A stretch of 32,000 bases of DNA from Abditibacteriales bacterium (GTDB taxonomy: Bacteria > Armatimonadota > Abditibacteriia > Abditibacteriales > Abditibacteriaceae), in contig JBBSTH010000003.1 in NCBI GenBank assembly GCA_038236075.1, forward strand, positions 2,426 through 34,425. The letters run 5' to 3'. The position numbers and the translations under genes were made by a program. The notes below the pieces were generated by a model, which had not been told where the DNA came from, did no database searches, and saw only the letters and a program-made list of their open reading frames with translations. Shown piece after piece: positions 8,899 through 15,624 of the stretch (positions are counted from its first letter, which is position 1; each line of letters begins with the position of its first letter).

Positions 8899-9459
8899 AT
8901 GTCAGGCATCTCTCAATTTCTTCGTCCTTACCTTGTCTTAGTATTCGTGGCAGTTTGTGGAACTTTGGCTTCTTCTGCGGCTTGGGGCCAGTCAGGAGGC
9001 AATACTAACTCGCACAGTTATTTTGCCTCGGATACGAGTTTGCCGTTACCGTTTCCCCAAATTGAGCCGCCGTTGGATTTCGAGTCGTTTCCAAACGGAG
9101 TGCCCCGTCTTCCGATTACGCCAGTCAGCGAAATTCTACAAACCGATCTCCTTTCGCCCAATCTTCAGCGCACGGCTTTGGACTTCAATTCAAGCATCAA
9201 TGCATTAATGCCTTTTGCGGGGTGTGCCAACACGAATTGGGCCGCATATAACAAAGCCATTAAAATCGCCGCTCAGTTGCGAACTTCTCTTTCCGAAGAA
9301 GTTGCGGCCCAACAAAAAGCTCTGGCAAAGGACAGTTCGCCAGAGCGGATCGCGCAAGCGGAAAAAGCGGCTTTGGTCATCGAAAATACGACCACCGCAC
9401 TCGAAAAAGCGACGCAAGTTTTGGTTGATTTGGGCAAAGTATTCGACAAAGCTCGGTAA
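8899..9459 (+). CDS. Secreted hypothetical protein with a helical C-terminal half
   Basis: The track ORF starts at 8866 with TTG. The in-frame ATG at 8899 has a strong GGAGG 8 nt upstream and yields a clean signal peptide, MSGISQFLRPYLVLVFVAVCGTLASSAAWG. Stop TAA at 9457-9459. Confidence 0.6.
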   Translation: MSGISQFLRPYLVLVFVAVCGTLASSAAWGQSGGNTNSHSYFASDTSLPLPFPQIEPPLDFESFPNGVPRLPITPVSEILQTDLLSPNLQRTALDFNSSINALMPFAGCANTNWAAYNKAIKIAAQLRTSLSEEVAAQQKALAKDSSPERIAQAEKAALVIENTTTALEKATQVLVDLGKVFDKAR

Positions 9460-9475
9460 CTGAACCGCTAATTTT

Positions 9476-9526
9476 ACAAAAGCCAACGGCCTTGCGTCAT
9501 TCTGACGCAAGGCCGTTGGCTTTTGT
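9476..9526. terminator. Bidirectional rho-independent terminator between convergent genes
   Basis: This is a perfect inverted repeat, ACAAAAGCCAACGGCCTTGCGTCA-ttc-TGACGCAAGGCCGTTGGCTTTTGT. The GC-rich stem is flanked by an A-tract on one side and a T-tract on the other. It lies 17 nt after the stop at 9459 (+) and 28 nt after the stop at 9554 (-). Confidence 0.8.
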
Positions 9527-9553
9527 AACTCGCTTTTTCGCAGAAGCCAGTGT

Positions 9554-10354
9554 TCAACCGTTGCAATCGCACTTCCGGCTCGGCGGAGTGGCTTTAGAAG
9601 AGGACGCCGACGACGGCACCATTTGAGCCTGAGATTGCAACTGGATTGGGCCTAAGAGTCCTGCCTGTCCCTCCAGAGAAATGCTTTCCACCTTTGCAGC
9701 AGCGTCAAAGGTAGGTTGCAGCTCTTTGTTGGGAGTGGGACTCTCCAACGCCTTGCGCCACTCCAGCAGCGGACTCAAGTTCGGCACTGCCGAGGGGGCC
9801 GACGGAGGAGAACCGGGATAAACGGTGCTTTGCTGAGATTCGTGGACCAGCACATCGCCACAGGGATTATAAATTTCCACGGTGCCTTCGATGACCGTCA
9901 CAGTCGTGGTGCCATCATCAGCGACATCAAGTAAGAATTCGGTGCCCTTAACGCGCATCAGAGCAGTGCGCGTTGCCACGATCCTACCGGGTTGAAGCCG
10001 AACCGCCATTCGTCCCTGCAAAGCTCGAAAAAGTGGTTTTCCTTTACCTGCGGAACCGTTTGCCGTTATTTCAATTGAGGCGCCGGAGTTCATTTCCACC
10101 CGCGAACCATCTTTAAAACGCAAAGAGGTGCGGACGCCTTTGGGCGACACGACAACATCGCCCGCATAAACACGGTCGTTGGCGCGCAACTGAGTTGTGG
10201 TGCGGACACCCTTGCGCTGCACTAAGACATTGCCAGTTACGGTGCCAACAGGTTCAGGGGCTGCCCAACCGCTGTAGAACAGAGTTGAGCCTCCACCTGC
10301 GATCAGGCACATTACTGCTGCCTGTGCGAAGTAATTTTGTCGAGAAACTCTCAT
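9554..10354 (-). CDS. FecR-domain secreted/periplasmic protein
   Basis: ATG at 10354 is preceded by AAGGAAAAC. There is an N-terminal hydrophobic signal (AQAAVMCLIAGGGSTLF). The central pattern is FecR-like: L..NDRVYAGDVVVS..GVRTSLRFKDGSRVEMNSGASIEI...MRVKGTEFLLDV...TVTVIEGTVEI. Confidence 0.7.
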   Translation of the reverse strand: MRVSRQNYFAQAAVMCLIAGGGSTLFYSGWAAPEPVGTVTGNVLVQRKGVRTTTQLRANDRVYAGDVVVSPKGVRTSLRFKDGSRVEMNSGASIEITANGSAGKGKPLFRALQGRMAVRLQPGRIVATRTALMRVKGTEFLLDVADDGTTTVTVIEGTVEIYNPCGDVLVHESQQSTVYPGSPPSAPSAVPNLSPLLEWRKALESPTPNKELQPTFDAAAKVESISLEGQAGLLGPIQLQSQAQMVPSSASSSKATPPSRKCDCNG

Positions 10355-10553
10355 GTTTTCCTTGGAAGCAACTGAGACGACATCACAGCAATTGATAATT
10401 CAATGCTATAAGTTCAGCATACCAGATATAGTCAGGCAAATGCGCCTGTATCAGAAAATTTTGGAGATTTTAATTGCTTTGTTTTAATTTTATGTAACAA
10501 TATGAATTGACATTCTCTATACAGACAATCTACTGCAACGTCACCTAAAATTG

Positions 10554-12563
10554 CTATCCGGCGTGTGGCACTTCGAGTGGGCGTTCGCGGTGCAACATCA
10601 CCCAGTCGCCATTTTCGGCCAGGGCTTCGCGGCCCAGTTCGTGAAGCAAGGTCGAAGTCTTATGGGAGTGTCCCACCGACAGTTGGGCTTCGAGTTCCTG
10701 GCAAGCGGTTTCAAAGAGTGTGCCCATGCGTCCGTAGCGTTTGGAATGTTCGGCGCGCGCCATCAGCGCATTATATCCGTGCAGCAAACCGGCGGTGACG
10801 GCGAGCATCACGATACAAATCATGATTAGAGCGTGCGTGAGCGGCACTTCGACCATCGCTTTGAACGGCTCCAGCAACGGTAGCGGCAAAAGAGAGGGCA
10901 ATGTCAGCAGTAACCCAAGCGCAACCGACAACGCGATGCTGGCGACGACCAAAGCGCCGATCAGTTTTTCCTGTTTCTCTAACTCGTGGTGTTCGCGGTG
11001 CGCTTTGCTCACATAGTAATTGCGTTGATCTTGTGCCCAACTCTGCACGATCAGCGACAACGGTGCGGATGTGTGAGGCGCCGACTTTTGCTGCGCATCA
11101 GCCAGCACGTTGCAGCTTTTAATGGCGTGACGAATCCAGTTGAGTTCGCCGCGCTGTTTGCCCAGATAATGATCGCTCACGTCGTCGCGCAGACCCGCCA
11201 AACGCCAGTAAATCTGCACGCGCAACCCTTCGGCCAGGGCGCGGTAATCTTGATATTTGGTTTGTAACTCTTGCTTTTCGGTGCGTCCGTGCAACACGAC
11301 ATTGACGACCACTAAAAGAAGATAAAGCCATAAAAACCAGGGCAGCAACGACCATAACGACGCCAGCGAAAAGCCACCGTGCGATTCATCGGATGTTTCG
11401 ACAGGGAGAATTTCTCCGTGCGTCTCAGATACCGTGGGGGCGGCGTGGCTGGTGCTGCCGTGTTCGGCAGTAGCGGGCACATCGGCACCAATTGCAGCTT
11501 CGTGTTCCGTTGGTGAGGTAACAGCAGATGTCGCGTGTGAGGAATTCCCGGTTTCGTGATGAGTGCCGTGCGGCAGCGAGTGAAACAGGTTGAAACTCAA
11601 CGCGGCAAAAAACACGAGCAGAAAGACTCGTCGCGTAGCGTGCGCCATTTGGCGCGCGAAAACGCTCGACATCGCGTCCGACCAGCCGTAAATGGTCATC
11701 GGAAAACGCAGATTATCGGGAATCTCCGTGTTGCTAGCGGTTTCCGCGTTGTCGGCGGACGCGATGAGATAGTTCGCATTGCGCTGGGCGCTATCGCCCA
11801 GGGTCGCTCGCAGTTTTTGAACGTCGGCATTGAAAGCATCAATGCGACTAAAATCTTCTGCGGCTTCTGCGTTGGGTTTGATGTGAAGCGAGAAGGGTTC
11901 GCCCGCGCCTGCGGACAAGGGGCGCGACTGGCGCGGTGTCACGAGATGATGGACGGCGCCATATCCGGCGCGTTCGAGCGGCGAAATCACCGGCCCGTAG
12001 GGCGGCGGCGCGCCGTGCAAGCGCAAGCGCACGATATGTGCGGTGCCTCCGGTGCGCTCGTGTTCGGGCAAGTCGTCACCGTCCCACAGCGCCAGCAAAA
12101 TGTGGCTGTAACGCGCCAGATATGCGCCCATTGCGGCGTATTGCCCCTCGATTTGCGCTTGGGTTAGTTCGCCCGCAGCCATGCGATTTTCCTCCTCGCT
12201 GCCCGCCACCCAAGGCAAGGTAAACACTTCGCTGGCGCGTTCGAGCAAACCGGCAAATTCGGCGCGCGATTCGTCACTGCTGAAACTCTTTTCATACTGT
12301 TGACGTGGCAAGGGCAAGGGCACGATCAAGGCACAGCCTTCTTCCAGTGCTACGCACGCGATAAGGCGGTCGGCGCCCTCGCCCAGAGGAGAAAGCACGA
12401 TGAGCGGCGTGTGAGGATAGCGCGCGCGAAACGCGCGCAGTTCGCGCCGCACAACCTCGCGTAGCGGCTCGATGTCTTGCGGGCGCAAATCGCTGTGGCC
12501 GGTGATGCCCACGAAAAGCGGCAACAGATCAGAAGGCAAATCGGCGGAAGAGGAAGGAGTCAT
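10554..12563 (-). CDS. SLOG-like Rossmannoid (putative nucleotide-sensor) domain fused to two 2TM hairpins (SLATT-like putative membrane effector)
   Basis: 669-aa ORF with ATG at 12563. Residues 14-210 show a strand/helix pattern: FVGITGH, LSPLGEGADRLIACVAL, ALIVPLPL and ILLALWDGD...TGGTAHIV. This resembles SLOG/LOG/YpsA-type folds, where the GGT loop corresponds to the PGGxGT loop of LOG. Four hydrophobic helices lie at aa 311-330, 401-425, 534-555 and 575-597. Each pair is followed by an amphipathic helix (KYQDYRALAEGLRVQIYW; ARAEHSKRYGRMGTLFE), as in SLATT/DUF4231-type modules. The CDS call is strong. The domain assignment is inference. Confidence 0.8.
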   Translation of the reverse strand: MTPSSSADLPSDLLPLFVGITGHSDLRPQDIEPLREVVRRELRAFRARYPHTPLIVLSPLGEGADRLIACVALEEGCALIVPLPLPRQQYEKSFSSDESRAEFAGLLERASEVFTLPWVAGSEEENRMAAGELTQAQIEGQYAAMGAYLARYSHILLALWDGDDLPEHERTGGTAHIVRLRLHGAPPPYGPVISPLERAGYGAVHHLVTPRQSRPLSAGAGEPFSLHIKPNAEAAEDFSRIDAFNADVQKLRATLGDSAQRNANYLIASADNAETASNTEIPDNLRFPMTIYGWSDAMSSVFARQMAHATRRVFLLVFFAALSFNLFHSLPHGTHHETGNSSHATSAVTSPTEHEAAIGADVPATAEHGSTSHAAPTVSETHGEILPVETSDESHGGFSLASLWSLLPWFLWLYLLLVVVNVVLHGRTEKQELQTKYQDYRALAEGLRVQIYWRLAGLRDDVSDHYLGKQRGELNWIRHAIKSCNVLADAQQKSAPHTSAPLSLIVQSWAQDQRNYYVSKAHREHHELEKQEKLIGALVVASIALSVALGLLLTLPSLLPLPLLEPFKAMVEVPLTHALIMICIVMLAVTAGLLHGYNALMARAEHSKRYGRMGTLFETACQELEAQLSVGHSHKTSTLLHELGREALAENGDWVMLHRERPLEVPHAG

Positions 12564-12607
12564 AAATTTTTAGTGATAGCGAGTTAATTCTCAGACTTTG
12601 GTGCGTT

Positions 12608-14386
12608 TCAATCTGCGGCAGTTTCTTCAACAGAAGCATTGAGACGAAGCACCTGAAAACCGGCACCGGCCAGAAACGCCGGAATCGCGCGCACGACATT
12701 GCGATTCCAGTCGCGCATATTCTCGGGTAATTCATCCCACGTCACCAAATTCGGGTTGGTTCTGCGTTGATTATCGCGCGGCCCGGTTTTCCAGCCCGTT
12801 GCCAACCGTTCTTTCGTCCAGCGAGTGTGTTCCAATTTTGCCATGAGTTCAACTTCGGCGGGCGTAAATTCGTGAGTGCGTGCGTCCCAATCCCACAGCG
12901 GCGCAATGTCGCAGCCGATGGCCGCCAACTTTTCGCCGATGTGCAACGCCTGCGCGCGATTCGATTCGCGCGCTTCTTCAGGCAACTCGTCCCACGGCAC
13001 CAAAAGCCCGTTGGAGCCAGTTTGTGCGGCTTCTTCTTGATCTTCCAGATAGCGTTCGTGGAGCGCGCGCGCCAACAATTCCGGCACTCCGCCCAACACC
13101 AAATCGGGTTGACAGGCACGCTCCATCAATCCCAGCGCGTGTAGCGTTTCAAAGCGCCGACCGGAGCCACGAATTTCGCGCAGCAATGAAGTTAGTCCCG
13201 AGTCCTCCTGCATCGCAGCCACGACGGGCACACCCGTCACGCGTAAACGCCCGTGCAACGCCAGTGCTGCCGCCAAACTCGCCGCGTCATCGGGCAAGCA
13301 GACGTAAACCCGCGAAACGCACGGCTCGCCGTCTTCATCGAACAAAAACTGAGCGCGATGGAACTCTGGATCGCCTGCATCGAGCGAGAGCGTGGACAAC
13401 TCACACGTTGCGCTCAGTTCGGGATGGCGCAGATGCAACAGTTCGGCAATCCGTTCGGCGTTGCGGTCTATGAGCAGACAACGCAATTTCTCGCGCTCTT
13501 GCGGAGGCGATGACTGGGGCGCATCATGCCAGGCGCGCGCGCTGTGGACGAGCAAACTGCGCCCCAGCCGGCCCGCTCCCACGATGAGCAGCTGCGGAGC
13601 GCCTGACGCGGGCAGCGAAAACGCCGGATGTTCGTCGAGCAAGGCGCGCGCGGCAGAGTCCACCAGATTGAAGAATTGTAGGCGAAACGAGCCGCTTGCG
13701 GAGATTTCCCATTCGCGCAAAAGCGCCCACAGGTCGGCGTCCACGATGTGAACGCTGCACACCAACGGATCGCCCGAAGGGCGCCGCGTCGCGCAATCGC
13801 GGGCGCGCGCGGCGATTTCGGCGTTGATGCCATCGTCGCCGCATAAGGCGATCACCGTCTGCGCGCGCGCGATACCCGCGTTTTCCAGAAGAATACGCTC
13901 GCGCGGATCGCCCAACAGCACAATCGCGCCCAACTCGCGCGCGACTGGCACGAAATCGTTGTTTTCGTCGCTTTCCAGGGCCACGACCTGCACGCCGCGC
14001 TCGCAAAAAGCGCGCACCAAAAGCAAGCCGCGTTTGTCCAGTCCACAGACGATGATGTGATGTTTGAAACGGCGCAGACGGAGTTGTTGCCAGCCGTCGC
14101 CCCGCACCAGAAACGAAGCAATGGCCGCGGTTAAAAACGAGAGCGCGCCGATGCCCGCGAACATCAAAAACAGCGCGATCAAGCGCCCGCCCAACGTGCG
14201 CGGAAATACGTCGCCATAACCGATGGTCGTTACCGTCACCATCGCCCACCAGAAGCTGTCCCACAACGAAAGTTGAGGCGAAACCGGCTTCTCGAAGTGA
14301 TAAAATCCCAGCGCGCACGCCACGACCAAAACCATCAACGCGCCCAAAATGGCGGCGACAAGCGAGTTTTTACCCGGTTTGTTCAT
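12608..14386 (-). CDS. 2TM K+ channel fused to an RCK/TrkA-N domain, a second Rossmann-like domain and two C-terminal RyR (ryanodine-receptor repeat) domains
   Basis: ATG at 14386. The selectivity filter is VTVTTIGYGDVFP; I verified nt 14210-14230 translate to TTIGYGD. Hydrophobic helices flank it. The RCK motif is HIIVCGLDKRGLLLVRAF..GVQVVALESD. The second GxGxxG motif is LLIVGAGRLGRSLL. Two RyR-like repeats follow: LARALHERYLEDQ...LVPWDELPEEARESNRAQALHIGEKLAAIG and MAKLEHTRWTKERLATGWKTGPRDNQRRTNPNLVTWDELPENMRDWNRNVVRAIP. Confidence 0.9.
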   Translation of the reverse strand: MNKPGKNSLVAAILGALMVLVVACALGFYHFEKPVSPQLSLWDSFWWAMVTVTTIGYGDVFPRTLGGRLIALFLMFAGIGALSFLTAAIASFLVRGDGWQQLRLRRFKHHIIVCGLDKRGLLLVRAFCERGVQVVALESDENNDFVPVARELGAIVLLGDPRERILLENAGIARAQTVIALCGDDGINAEIAARARDCATRRPSGDPLVCSVHIVDADLWALLREWEISASGSFRLQFFNLVDSAARALLDEHPAFSLPASGAPQLLIVGAGRLGRSLLVHSARAWHDAPQSSPPQEREKLRCLLIDRNAERIAELLHLRHPELSATCELSTLSLDAGDPEFHRAQFLFDEDGEPCVSRVYVCLPDDAASLAAALALHGRLRVTGVPVVAAMQEDSGLTSLLREIRGSGRRFETLHALGLMERACQPDLVLGGVPELLARALHERYLEDQEEAAQTGSNGLLVPWDELPEEARESNRAQALHIGEKLAAIGCDIAPLWDWDARTHEFTPAEVELMAKLEHTRWTKERLATGWKTGPRDNQRRTNPNLVTWDELPENMRDWNRNVVRAIPAFLAGAGFQVLRLNASVEETAAD

Positions 14387-14410
14387 AATTTCGACGGCGC
14401 GCTTGCGCCG

Positions 14411-14552
14411 TTAAAACTTATGCAGCAAGAGAACCCGGAGCGGCAGCGACATGGCTTACAGTGCGACGTGGCTTACTGCACACAAGGCCAACTCCCCTGA
14501 CTTCGTCGGGTGCCCGCTTCCGCTCCGGGTTCTCTTGCTGATTAAGTTTTAA
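14411..14552. repeat. 142-nt long inverted repeat (33-nt arms, 76-nt core) in the intergenic leader of the K+ channel gene; structured RNA element or MITE-like insertion
   Basis: Arm 14411-14443 (TTAAAACTTATGCAGCAAGAGAACCCGGAGCGG) pairs with arm 14520-14552 at 31 of 33 positions, with one 2-nt internal mismatch. Pairing extends 4 bp further (14445-14448 / 14515-14518). The core carries a 14-nt direct repeat, GCGAC(A/G)TGGCTTAC, at 14446-14459 and 14463-14476. Confidence 0.8.
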
Positions 14553-14638
14553 ACAGTTCTCTCCAAGCAAACAAAAGCCGTTGGATGCGCGCCTTTTGCG
14601 CTGGTCTTCCACTCCCGAAATCGCGCCGATTCCCTGCT

Positions 14639-15526
14639 CTACTCGTCCAGCATTTTTATCGCTTGTTTCAGACTCCGTTGCATCCGGTTGAACGAGCTGG
14701 AAAGCATGGCGATTTCATCTTTGCCGTTGACTGGTAAATCTTCGACTTCCAAATTGCCTTTGGAAATTTCGTCCGCTGAGCGCGCCAATTGTTTGACCGG
14801 TGCCACAACAACACTGCGCAACATCAGGTTTAAAATCAGCAGCGTTAACAGCAAAATTCCCGCGAGTGCGCCCATCATAAGGCCCGTGATTTTGCGCGCG
14901 ATTTGTTCGGGAATGCCGACAGGCACCGAAACGATTTGCGCTCCGATGACCGAGTGCAATTTCCAGTTGAAACCGTTTTTCGAGCCGTAATCGTGAATCA
15001 TGGAAGCGGGCGCGACATTGGGTGTGCTATGGCAACTCAAGCACGACTGTTGCGTGACGCGGAGCGGGCGCGACATATAAAAGTAACGGCCTTTCGGCGT
15101 ATCGCGCAAACCGACGACCTCTTTGAGATTACCGTTTTTCTGGAAACTCTTGATGATGCTGGCTTCCCAGTCCACCGCCAAATCTTTGGTGTTGGTTGGG
15201 TTGAGCGTGGCCTCACGATAAAAATAATCGGGATAACGCTCCTGCATATAAGAAAAAACTTTTTGTGACGAAAACGCGGGAACGGTTTCGGGCACGAACT
15301 TGCCGTTGCGTTGCGACGGCAAAATCGGTTTGATTTGGTTCGAGGTATATTTGCGAACGGCGAGCGCATTTTCCATCATCAGGCGCGCATTGCCGGTCAC
15401 GATCTGACGCGCTTGTTGTTGCAACAAGGCATTGAAAACCGTCCCCGCGCCTACAATGCTCACCGCGAATACCACGAAGAAAACCAGATTGAACTTGGAC
15501 GCCAGGCGCCAGGAAGAAAAATTCAT
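14639..15526 (-). CDS. Membrane-anchored DUF3365 (Tll0287-like c-type heme) sensor domain plus HAMP domain, with no output domain
   Basis: The track start at 15565 is GTG. I prefer the in-frame ATG at 15526 (MNFSSWRLASKFNLVFFVVFAVSIVGAG, a signal anchor). The heme-c motif CLSCH is verified at nt 15029-15043. A second TM helix is ITGLMMGALAGILLLTLLILNLML. The HAMP motif is VVAPVKQLARSADEISKGNLEVEDLPVNGKDEIAMLSSSFNRMQRSL. The protein ends 8 aa after HAMP. Confidence 0.8.
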   Translation of the reverse strand: MNFSSWRLASKFNLVFFVVFAVSIVGAGTVFNALLQQQARQIVTGNARLMMENALAVRKYTSNQIKPILPSQRNGKFVPETVPAFSSQKVFSYMQERYPDYFYREATLNPTNTKDLAVDWEASIIKSFQKNGNLKEVVGLRDTPKGRYFYMSRPLRVTQQSCLSCHSTPNVAPASMIHDYGSKNGFNWKLHSVIGAQIVSVPVGIPEQIARKITGLMMGALAGILLLTLLILNLMLRSVVVAPVKQLARSADEISKGNLEVEDLPVNGKDEIAMLSSSFNRMQRSLKQAIKMLDE

Positions 15527-15624
15527 AGGAAAGAGAAAGAAGATGAGGTCACTATCGAATGGCACGCAGTTGTAAATCGAAAAGAAGCAGCGAAAGCTCG
15601 CTCGAAAGGTTTGACATTGGGCGA

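Noticed and set aside
10458-10471. A 14-nt direct match (12 of 14 positions), ATTTTG(GA/AC)GATTTT, occurs at 10458-10471 and 16947-16960, flanking the TIR/RyR cluster. I considered it a possible att-like duplication.
   Set aside because: It is short and AT-rich, lies in AT-rich promoter spacers and has two mismatches. No integrase or tRNA is present, so it is compatible with chance.
14411-14552. I considered that the long hairpin is a known RNA: SRP/4.5S RNA, 6S RNA or a retron msr-msd.
   Set aside because: It has no SRP domain-IV motif (GGAA/AGCA symmetric loop). It is too short and too perfectly paired for 6S. No reverse transcriptase gene lies nearby for a retron. It is kept as an unexplained structured element or MITE candidate.
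14273-14612. Two small ORFs, 14273-14500(+) and 14418-14612(-), encode mirror peptides containing QQENPER.
   Set aside because: The shared peptide motif is an artefact of translating both arms of the 33-nt inverted repeat. There is no start context or domain.
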